A stretch of DNA of 64,000 bases from assembly GCA_043228905.1 (NCBI GenBank), contig JBHGNT010000012.1, positions 18,786,001 to 18,850,000 on the forward strand, read 5' to 3'. Origin of the DNA: Azolla caroliniana. Lineage: Eukaryota > Plantae > Polypodiophyta. The position numbers were made by a program, and so were the translations under genes. The notes under the pieces were generated by a model. The model had not been told where the DNA came from and did not search any database. It saw only the letters and a list, made by a program, of their open reading frames with translations. Below, piece by piece: positions 12,950 through 23,160 of the stretch (position 1 is the stretch's first letter; the number at the start of each line of letters is the position of its first letter).

Positions 12950-13266
12950 TTATGATCTTAAATATTTCCAAACCACTTTATCTTAATCATAAAAAATTGT
13001 GAATTTCAATATCATACCTAGTTCTATGTTTGTACCAATTTGTTAAACTGTGTTGATGCACACACAACAAGTTTGAGTGCAAAAAACTAAAGTGAAGAGC
13101 TTGTGTGTCTTAATGATCTTAATATAACAAACTATTCTATCTTAATTGTAAAGAGTTGTGAATTTGTTGTACCTCATTCGTGTAGGTTTATTGATTTGTC
13201 AAACCATCAAAACATGGGGGTGAACTCATAATGAGTTCAAGTGCGAAAAACTAAGGATGAAGAGCT
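12950..13266. repeat. Diverged tandem duplication, ~160 bp unit x2
   Basis: ATGATCTTAA...TATCTTAAT...TTGTGAATTT...AGTGC.AAAAACTAA..TGAAGAGCTT occurs twice in tandem. Confidence 0.65.
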
Positions 13267-14049
13267 TCCCTTTGTCGTCCTGGAAATTTGAGGTTTGCAT
13301 GCTAGTAGATCGACAAGCAAAACTGACGTGCCAAGTTCCAACAATATTTACCCCGAGTACAACATGCTTGGGAATATTGTCCACTTTTACCAACAAGTGG
13401 ATGGTATAAATGTTGTAAACTACTCACAAACAACAATGTCCAATTGCATATGGTCACTAATTGTTAACACCTTTGTCCAAGCACATGTCCAATGACCTGT
13501 CCTACTCCCAGCTTCTATCATGGGGCCGGATAGCTACTCAAGAATCCTCTAGAATACGGTTTTAGTCGAGTTGGGACTATATCTTGCTTTCTTGATATCA
13601 TATATAGGTATACCAATTGTCGGAAATTTGTTACGGTCTTGGTTTACATGATTGACAACTACTCATAATTATCTAGTGCAATTACATTGTAGCAAAGTTT
13701 AGGTTGCATCTGCATAGACAAGTATTGGACGTTAAGGTTAAAAGTAAATTGCCTTCACTCAATTCACCATAATTCTCTATTATAGAATTATTTCTTCTTC
13801 CTCTTTTTCATTCTTTCTGTCTTACTAACTTTTATTTGCCCCTTTTCTTTCTTTGTAGTTATTTTTTTTGTCTATCCTTTTTGTCTCTCTATCATAGACA
13901 CCCTTTGATAATCCGCATACATAAAGATAATTGACCCCACTTTTATTTATATAGAATGCTCTTATCTAGGGTCCAAAGTCTATTTAAAATATAATCATTA
14001 CTCTAATGATATTTACAATGTGTCTTAAAATAAAGGTATTGTTTGCTTG

Positions 14050-16650
14050 TTTATAAATCACTTTTTAAATGGGGAATATGCTCGTGTTGGAGGTGGTTGC
14101 ACAACATGCCAATGGCAACAAAGCACAATGCAAGAGACCATTTCTTTGATCTTCCATATCTCTTGGCACCAAGAAATTGCCCTTAACTGCATCACGTATC
14201 CGACCATTCTTAGTTTGCCCACACTCGAGACCCACAATTTGATTGTTGATTTGCAATCTGGTTTTGCCATCTTCTACAAGGAGCATTGTTTTAGCTCTTG
14301 TTTTGGCTAGCCTTCTCAATGACAATGCTATCACATCTCCTATTTTGGCTCTTGTTTATTCCACTCCTATTTCGTATGCCCTTTCCCAAAGTAATATTCT
14401 ATCTAGTCTTTTGCTACTATGACCCATCCTTCTAGAAATCTAACTAGATTTCTATTTTTGAAGCAACTTTGTTTTTGTGTGGTGCTCCACATGTTCATGT
14501 TTACTCTCTCCTTGCCAAGCCCTACAATTCTACAAACCCCAATATATCCAATTTATTCACATCAATTTGTGTGGTGTTCAAAAATATGAGCATAGATCAT
14601 ATGTCATGACACTAACCTTATGACTACTCTCTATGGATGCGAAAAAATATTGATCGATCGATGTCTACCAATGCGTTTATCCGCCATTTGGATCGATCTA
14701 GGTTCACAAAAATCTTGGAAAAGACTCTCTTTCCATTCAAAGTCCCCCACTCCAGAATTCATCTCATTTGTCATGACGAAAAAGGTATAGTTGTGGCTTT
14801 GTATCAGATGTATGGATTGGCCTTCATCCATAAGCTACTCAAGATTGATCTTTCCAGTTCAACCAATTTGCTTTTTATCAAGCCCACAATATAGGCATTA
14901 GAAGTACATTTGGGCAATAGATTGATCTTCTTGTAAACTCAAGAGAATCATGTGCAATGAACATATATGCCTCACCTTCTCCAAATTCCATGAGCATGAG
15001 CTCTACATACTCTATGTCAATGTGGAGAAATGTGAGGCAATCAAAACTCAATGGAATTCTTCGACTATGTGTTCCCTCCTACAAGCATCGGCATGGACAA
15101 GAGGGAGGGTTGCTACAATCCAAGCATGATAAATTTTAACCCATCTTATGGATGTCCCATCTTTCTTGAGTTTCACAAACTTCTATTAAAGGTTCATCTT
15201 GAACTTTTGGACCTTAAGAACGCCATTAAGTGTCTTACCCTCTAGAATTATCTTTTTTGTTGGAATTAGCCCAACTAACATTCAAGACTCTCTAGAAATC
15301 CTTCACCTCGAGCTCGTACTTGAGTTTCAATTTGACCAAGCCCTTCATAGTAAAAGTGGATGCATCTTAATTTACCTTAGTGCAATCCTATTCTAGCTAT
15401 ATGATTGTGGTCTCCTACACCCAATTGCATTTTATTAGAGATTCACACCATTGAACATCAATAATCCAATGTATGATAAGGAATTGAACACTATCATCGT
15501 GACATTCAAGAAATGATGTCCTTACTCAAGGGGGGCCAAATGTTGCATTGAAGTGGTGATGGACCATAAAAACCTTGTGACATACTTCACCACCACTTGC
15601 ATTCTAAAAAAATACAAACAAGCTCACTAGTCTAACCTCTCCACAGATTACCATATCAAAATCTTGATTTGATCAAGCTCCTAAGAAGGTAAAGTGGAGG
15701 CACTCTCTTGTCATGTGGAATTGGAGCTTCAAGCAAACGATGAGGCTTATAACCACAAAGTTATTGTCTTCTAAGACCAAACCAAGCTAAATATTTGCGA
15801 GCTACTCTCCTTTTGAACAAGCCAATGATCACAAGTTCCAAAGAAATCCTAGTCAAAGAAATCCTAGTTAATCTTAGTATGTGCTCTAAATGTGATGGTT
15901 TGTACCTACACATTTGAAGATGGCCCCTCACTTTGAAACGACCTAGTTTGCATCTCAAATTGTCCCATGTTGATCAAGATCTCGTATAATTTCACGGGAA
16001 ATTTGATATCATTAAGACCCTTGATGTTGCACCATGGAATTATTTGTGGCCCCAAAAGTGGAAGATCATCAAGGAATTTGTTGTCTTGTGATGCATCTCT
16101 CCCTATCATCATCTCAAAAGCTTCTACAACCTATTCCAATCAACTTTCGACCCCAAACCTCAAGTTTGGTAAGCTTCATCGTGAGGCCCTCATTAGTCAA
16201 TAGGCTCCCTTCTAGAATCGATATATTAGATTGGTTTACAAAGATGCCATTCGACCCCAAGCCTCAAATTCAGCATGCCTCGTCATGAATCTCCCATGAG
16301 CTAATAGGCTCCCTTTAATAATGGATATAATATTTTGGTTTACAAAGATGCCTAACTTTATAAGTCCATAATTTTAACTAGAGAATTATATATACTCGTT
16401 GATCTTAAGCCATCTCATGAGCAAAACCAGCACATTTAATACGAATGAACATGGTTCAACTACATAGGCTTCCGAATGACATTTTCAATTACAGTTCATA
16501 GTTCATCTCAGCTTTTGAAGTGCCTATATCAGCTCTTCTTAACCTCAATCCAGCTCTCAAAAACCTTAATTCTCAAACTGATAGCCAAACAAAACAATTA
16601 AGTCATGTCCTTGAGCAGTACCTTGTATGTTTTAGTGAGTTATCAATAAG
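14050..16650 (+). mobile_element. Highly decayed Ty3/gypsy internal region
   Basis: Remnants appear in the expected order: zinc-knuckle-like (~14465), protease-like IDRSMSTNAFI, RT LDLKNA, RNase H YDKEL...DHKNL (15470-15580) and integrase DSQT...VLEQYL (~16580-16625). Confidence 0.7.
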
Positions 16651-17580
16651 ATTTAATCATGGAGAATGCCCATTAAAATTGTAATCGAAGTAGATAATGA
16701 TGATAATATGAAAAAATGAAACACTTGACATTCACTTACAATACATTAGAAGGATTAACTAAACAAATTAAGAGATAACCATTAAAAGTCAGTATTCAAA
16801 AGAAGAAAAACAAATGAAAATTACACCCACCTAGAACATACACCGAAAGCAGGTAATTCACCAGGGTTCATTGCAGTGAACATTTGCCCAATGCACATTG
16901 TGTACATAATGTGTGTTCATGACTAGCAAGGGACAAGACAGTAGTAGACACAAGGAATTTACAGATATACCCCAAGTGCAAATTTGTCAAGGATAACTGT
17001 TCCCCATCAGAATCATATGGGATTTGTCTGTTTTGGGGGCACAAGAGTCTCTCATGATAAGTGAAAGAAGTGATAAATGATAGAATTTATCATTAAAACA
17101 ATCCATATCCTTTGCATATCATGACTATCCAAAGAAAAATAAATGATTAAAGATTTCATGAATAGGGTTTAGGGTTCCAGGACTTAGGTCTCAGATTTGA
17201 GAATTGGGTTATAGTCTAGGCTTTTAGGTGTGGCCTAAATATTCCAAACTAGGGGTTCCACGTTTGCAGTTTGAGATTCTTAGTCAAGGGTTTAAGGATT
17301 CAGGATTCAAGGTTATGGTAAGACTTTATGGCTTATGGCAGGTACTTGGGACTCAGGGTTTCAGGCTTGGGCTTAGATCTAAATGGGCATATATTGGATG
17401 TGAAATTTGGACTAAAGCTCAAGCTAAGCTTAAACAAGGACAAAAAGGATTAGAAGAAAAAGAGATCTAATATAACATAGCATTGCGAAAAAAGATGCTG
17501 GATTGAACTCCAAAGGATTTTGTTTTGGAGGGCTACAAGGTTTGGACGGAAGGGAGCTACCTCTCTACGATAGGGTACGA

Positions 17581-17958
17581 TTAGAGGAAGCCGATCTGAT
17601 TTGCAGATGCAATAAGGCCGCAATTAAGGTCAAGAACCACCGATGCATGATTATCGCATGATAGCAGGGTCTTGTTAACACTTTCCGGCGTTGATGATAA
17701 CGAGGGTAGTGACTGTAATGCCGAAAATGATGACGGTAGTGATCGTAATGCTGATGACAGTGATGATGACAGTGAAGAGGGAGTGCTTAGCCTTCTTTTC
17801 TTGTAATTGGCTTTGAAGCAAGCTTGCCGGAGGCGCTTGGTTCTATCTGCGAGCTCTGTCCCTGGCATCTCCTCCATGAGCTTCTTTTGCTCTTCCAACT
17901 CTCGCACTGTCGTCATCACCCTAGTTGAGCTCTTTACTCCTTGATCCTTCGCAAGATC
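17581..17958 (-). CDS. RKD: RKD last exon (RKD C-terminal helix, Ser-rich tail)
   Basis: GCAG acceptor then DLAKDQG...ELEEQKKLMEEMPGTELADRTKRLRQACFKANYKKRR, stop at 17581. Confidence 0.93.
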   Translation of the reverse strand, partial: DLAKDQGVKSSTRVMTTVRELEEQKKLMEEMPGTELADRTKRLRQACFKANYKKRRLSTPSSLSSSLSSALRSLPSSFSALQSLPSLSSTPESVNKTLLSCDNHASVVLDLNCGLIASANQIGFL

Positions 17959-20900
17959 CTGCCCACATTTCATTTTACATCACTACATTAACAATATGCT
18001 TCACATTGAAAAATATATATATATTGTATATACATCCACATGCTTGTGGATGGGTTTAGAGTTTAAGCTTTAGGGTTTCTTGTTATTTTGAGATGGGTTT
18101 AGAGTTGGAGTACCATATATTTACTTGGGATGGGGTTTATTGCTTATGTACCTAAATATGCTTTAGATGGTTTCTGGCTTTGGGATTTATGTACAATATT
18201 TAAGCTTAGGATAGGTAAGCACTATGAGTTTGGAGTTTGGTTGTATGGTGATTTAACTGCCAGTTTTCTATGGTTGAGAATTAGGATTTAGGGATTTCGT
18301 ACTGATATTAAATGCTTGGATGTGTTTAAGGATTATCTATTTATTTATTTAATATATATGTGCTTGGGATGGCTGTAGATTAAAGGTTTTTGTTCTGTCT
18401 GCATGCTAAGACTAGGATCAGAGTTTACATTTTATGTACTCTATAAATTTGGGATACATTAGGACTAACATACCATTGAAATGCTCGGAATTGGTTTTCG
18501 GGTTTAGACTTTACAATTTAATTTACATACCATTTTGATGCTTCGGATTTGAATTTCAGGTTCTAGGGATAAGGGTTTATTTCCATATATATACGGATTG
18601 AGATGGAATTAGAGTTTAGAATTTACGTACCAGTTTTATGCTCCACGTTTAGGGTTTACAGTTTATGTACCATGTATATATATATATGGTTGGGATCGGT
18701 TTATGATTTAGGGATATGTTCCAAATGTATGCTTGAGATGGATTACGGGTTCAGGATTAGGGTCACAAAAAGAGGTGCTCAGAGATGCAATTCTCCATGC
18801 TTACCTGGATGTTATTGATCAGACTTTCGAGGCTCTTCATCTTGCGATGTGGCCACCGCGGTATGCCAAACTCCCGACAACGCTTCTTCAACACAGTTAG
18901 CCCGACTTTAAGCTCTTTGGAAGCTTGAGTGATAGGCATGTGGAAGTATTGAGAAAGGTCATGTAAGGTGATCTCCGTCATCCTCTCACTGATACTATTT
19001 CCTCTAACGCGAGGTCGGCATGGTCGGCAACTCTGGCTCACGCTACTTTCCTCTTCAAACAAGGATTTCTCGCGCATAAACATGCCCACTATCTGGTTCC
19101 TCCTCGCACCTGAATACATGCTGCCAGATGTTGTACATGAATGATTACAATTCACGTCTGGGGGTGGAGACAAGCTTGTTGGTCGGCTCAAAAAACTGCC
19201 GCCAGCATTACCTATACTCTCCTCACTAGATGTAGATGGTGTCATCTTCGTCTTCATTCTCGCCTTTGGAGACTCATCATTGTTCCCCGTGTCAACATAG
19301 AATAGTGGCCTATTGTATATTTCTTCGAACAGTGGCCTATTGCGAGGTTCTTTGGAGAGTGACTTATCATAAAATGTTGCCAGCGTTTCGGGGGTGAAGC
19401 TATCCATATCCGGGGGCTTCTCATTGTTCTTAGGGACAACACAGAATAGTGGCTTATCGAAGGTTTTTTCGAAGAGTGGCCTATTGACAGCTTCTGTGAA
19501 GAGTGGTTTATTGTAACATGTCGAACTGTCGGGGGTGAATCCATCAATTGAGAAAGAACTTTCTTCTGGTTGCGAGCTTAATGACGATAGTGATGATGAC
19601 GCCCCTAGTTCAAGGTCAAGGAAATTATGGTTTTCTTGCCGAGCACAATCTGTTAAGGGTGGATTGGTGAGATCTAGGTTCAAGTCAAGAATGCAAGGGC
19701 CATCACGCTTCAGAAAAACATTCTCGTGCCGTCCTGAAACAACAAGACCTCCTTGTTTATACAAAAACTATAGCTCTCTCTATCAGCACGCAATATAATA
19801 CATGAACATCAACATTATGGTCTCATACCTCCTCTATCAACCTACATTATGTACATAAATCTTATGGTCCAATACTTAACTGTTTTCAGCATATCATCAT
19901 ACCATGCATAAGTATATATATATCACTCTTTTGAGCAGATAACATAAGATGAATCTTGAAAAGAATTCCAACATGTGAAGCTACATACAAATGACTAATA
20001 AGTACCTTCAGATATCTTTGTGCTAGCGAGCTCCAAATCACATCCCCATTTGTGCCTAACACCAGATTCTGTGTGTTCTGGGTTTCTCTGTCCTAGGGTT
20101 AATCTTGGAGAATTCATCATCGACAACACAGGTACACCACCTTCACCATCGCCAGCATCATCGATACTGGCTTTATCATTTATAACAAGCATGTGGGCAT
20201 TATTAGTGTTTCTCGAAGTAGTGGTAGTAGTAGCTCTCTCCACTATGATAACATGTTGATCTAGAGTAGGATTACTCTTCGAATACCCATTCCTTAACAA
20301 AGGGGAAAGCAAATTTAGAGTCAAAAAAAAGATGAAAACAAAAAGAAAACGTTAATAATCACCTATAAAACCTATGCAAATTCAGATGGTAAAGATATCA
20401 TGGATTGACAACTACAAAATGCTAATGTGGTCAATGAGACAAGAACCAATATGCATCTGATGACTTGTTCACTACTTCACGAAGAGGAAATTAAGTAAAA
20501 AGAGAGATTGGTCAAATCAAGTAAACTGAAATGAAAAGAGAGGAGAGGGGAAAGTATAAGTGAGGGGTAAACACCGAAGAAAAACCAGAAATTGCCGTCT
20601 GTCATGTGGCCATTCTGTCAAATAAATACTAAGCAACAAGTTAAGGGTATGTGGTGTCTACCCCCCCCCCCCCCCCCCCCTATACATAATGCCAGGTCCT
20701 ATTAGCCCCGGTTTTTCGAAAAGGTAGGGGCATTGTGGTGAATGTCCAGCAAATTGGGAGGTGTTTTGGTGGTTTTCCATATGTCTGTATACAGATTTTT
20801 CACACTACATACAAAATTGTTTTGCCAAATAGTGAACAAATTTAATGCACAAAGGCCTTGATAGAAAAGCATCAAGTAGTACACTCAAATAAAAAGAGAG

Positions 20901-21546
20901 ATTGTTCATATGAAAAGGGAGGAAAGGGGGGGGGGGGGGGGGGGGGGGAGTATAAGTAAGGAAGTAAACACCAAAATACATCTTACTCATTGTTCAAGAA
21001 AAACCAGAAATTGCCTTCTGTCATGTGGCCATTACACATAATGTCAGGTCCCTTTATCCCCTGTTTTTTGAAAAGGTAGGGGCATTGTGGTAAATGTCCA
21101 GTAAATTGGGAGGTGTTTTGGTGGTTTTCCCTATGTCTGTATGCAGATTTTTTCACACTACATACAAAATTGTTTGGCCAATGGTGAACAAATTTAATGA
21201 AGAAAGGCCTTGATGGAAAAGAATCAAGCAAGCAAACTTTAGCTAATCAAGAAGGGAATCTGTTTTGTTTTTTTTCTTAATAGAAAAGAGCATCCAATGC
21301 GCAAAAGATTTGATGGGTTTTTTCTTCTTAAACTCACATTGATGGAGTCAGAAGGTCTGCCATGGGTGCAGGAAGTGGACATTCAGCCTTCAAATCAATT
21401 GCACAATGGGGGCCTTCCTTCTCTGGAATGCTGCAGCGGGGAGGATCCATGAGATCTTCCTCGTGTTTCTTTGCCTCTGCAGATGATTTCACCATGGCCA
21501 TGGCCATGGATGGGGTCCTCGTGGTTCCAACTGCTGCTAATTCCAT
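17581..21546 (-). CDS. RKD: RKD-type RWP-RK transcription factor, 4 coding exons (21546-21338, 20292-20006, ~19751-18805, 17958-17581), ~606 aa
   Basis: RWP-RK domain ITLHDLSQYFHMPITQASKELKVGLTVLKKRCREFGIPRWPHRKMKSL followed by the RKD-specific TKRLRQACFKANYKKRR, with no PB1 domain (so not an NLP). GT donors at 21337, 20005 and 18804 have compatible phases. The exon 3 acceptor is the least certain junction. Confidence 0.88.
18805..19751 (-). CDS. RKD: RKD exon carrying the RWP-RK domain
   Basis: Open frame 19764-18763 with GIPRWPHRK; ends NNIQ|GTAAGC. Confidence 0.93.
20006..20292 (-). CDS. RKD: RKD exon 2 (putative)
   Basis: Pyrimidine tract and acceptor, open frame NGYSKS...TKISE, G|GTACTT donor. 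Phase 2 matches the exon 1 donor (AT+G). Confidence 0.65.
20553..21230. repeat. Intronic tandem duplication (~300 bp x2) with C20 and ~G23 homopolymer tracts
   Basis: GTATAAGT...AGAAAAACCAGAAATTGCC.TCTGTCATGTGGCCATT...AAATTGGGAGGTGTTTTGGTGGTTTTCC...GCCTTGAT.GAAAAG is found at ~20553 and ~20950. Poly-C at 20661-20680, poly-G at ~20926-20948. Confidence 0.85.
21338..21546 (-). CDS. RKD: RKD exon 1 (putative)
   Basis: MELAAVG...LLTPS, GC-richer than the flanks, with a strong AT|GTGAGT donor. Confidence 0.65.
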
Positions 21547-22123
21547 TGCCGGTGCCGTGTTCCGCTCGCTCTCTGCCGATCCTTGCGTAAACCTTTGGAC
21601 TGAAGATGAACTCTTGATGAAATGTGTGGAGTTCTGTATCTTTCACACTACTACCATTCTCGTGGTCTTCATGGATATGGATGTTCCTGACATGAGTTTG
21701 ATTTAAGCATACCCCTCAACTCTTGCTTTCTCTCTCACTAGATCCACACAGAAAGAAAGAAAGAAAGAAAAAGCGGTAGAAACCCTACCTGCAGGAAAAA
21801 CCCCCCTGAACAAGTTGAAACCCTAACTCCAGGAAGAGCCTTTTCACTCCATGAAACCCTAATTATTGCAAAACAAACACTCCAATTGGCGGGAAAACCC
21901 TAACTGGTGGAAGATACCCCTAATGACAGCGGCCTGGAAGAAGATACCCCTAACCTCATAGAAGACGTTGACAAGTGAGCAAAGCCCTAACTGGTGGACA
22001 GAAAACCTAGCCCCCAGTAGAGAAAATTAGAGAGGTGTTCCAACGTGAGCTAACCTGATTCCACCAAGACAGGAAAGGAAAGGGCTAGGAGGCGGCGGAC
22101 ATGCTGCGGACCACCATTGAGAC

Positions 22124-22167
22124 TAGGGTTAGGGTTAGGTTTAGGGTTAGGGTTAGGGTTAGGGTTT
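22124..22167 (+). repeat. Interstitial telomere-like repeat, (TTAGGG) x ~7
   Basis: TAGGGTTAGGGTTAGGTTTAGGGTTAGGGTTAGGGTTAGGGTTT, plus several AAACCCTA telo-box-like motifs at 21780-22010. Confidence 0.85.
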
Positions 22168-22312
22168 ATGGTTTAAAAGTAGAATTGGTGTAGAGTCAAG
22201 GTGAGGGTTAGGGAACAGAATTGGTATAGGGATAGGATTCATCTGAGGAGTAGAGAGGGGATAAGAAGGTTAAAGTAGGATTAATGGAGGTGCCATTAAG
22301 AGCTCCATGAAG

Positions 22313-22345
22313 AGACAGAGACAGAGACAGGGATAGAGACAGGCA

Positions 22346-22382
<37 letters not shown>

Positions 22383-22469
22383 CAAATCTAAGAGAGAAAG
22401 GAGCAGATCTAAGCTCAAGCAAATAAGAAGAAGAGAGAGAGAGAGAGAGAGAAGCAGAGGAAGAAGGTT

Positions 22470-22503
<34 letters not shown>

Positions 22504-22610
22504 AGGGGCGTTTTAGAGAGAGAGAGAGAGAAGCAGAGAAAGAAGGTTTAGAGAGAGAAGGGGGGTTTCTAGAGAGAGAAGCAGGAAGAGAGAGAGAGAG
22601 AGAGATGAGA
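22313..22610 (-). promoter_or_regulatory. (GA/CT)n microsatellite cluster in the probable RKD 5'UTR / core promoter
   Basis: Multiple (GA)n runs, CT-rich on the RKD sense strand, as is typical near plant transcription starts. ACACGTGTC (ABRE/G-box-like) at 22665-22673. Confidence 0.6.
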
Positions 22611-23001
22611 TGATACAGTATATGGTTAACCTAATCACTTCATCCATCTTCCAATAGAATATTTACACGTGTCATAAAATATATAAACTTCTGAATAATT
22701 GTTTTCATCTCTTTTTTTCTTCTTTTTCTTTTGTTTTCTTCTTTTTTCTTCTTTTTTTCTTCTTTTTTTCGTTTTTCTTTTTTTTTGTGCTTTTTTCTTC
22801 TTTTCTTTTTATTTTATTTTTTAAAGTTTTTTAAAAAAACAATTTTATTATTTTCTTTTCTTACTTTTTCTTTTCTTTTTGTTCATGTTTTTTCTTTTTT
22901 TTATTTTCAGAAAAAAAAAGGGAAATTTGTGCAAATAGTCAACATCAGTTTTTATTTTGTGTCAACTGTTAACAAACCCTCCAAATTTAGGGCTTCCAAA
23001 C

Positions 23002-23027
23002 CCTCTCTCTCTCTCTCTCTCTCTCCA

Positions 23028-23061
<34 letters not shown>

Positions 23062-23160
23062 GCATCTCTCTCAATCTATCTACCTCATCTCTCTCTATAT
23101 ATACATATATCTCATCTATCTCTCTATCTATCTAGTTATCTCTCTCTCTCTCTCTCTCTC
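23002..23160 (+). repeat. (CT)n/(CTAT)n microsatellite cluster
   Basis: Directly visible; preceded by AAACCCT motifs and followed by AG|GTAAGA at 23181. Confidence 0.85.

Noticed and set aside
16180-16352. ~60-bp direct repeat (AATAGGCTCCCTT...TTGGTTTACAAAGATGCC)
   Set aside because: A local duplication inside a dead gypsy integrase; no sign of function.
21395-21715. Alternative reading frame HVRNIHIH...QEFIFSPKVY as a conserved RKD N-terminal domain
   Set aside because: No ATG, it stops at 21395 before the splice donor, and the resemblance to RKD5-type N-termini is only a vague recollection that needs an alignment.
22124-22167. Real chromosome end or fusion scar
   Set aside because: Only ~44 bp, single orientation, and embedded in a promoter-like region.
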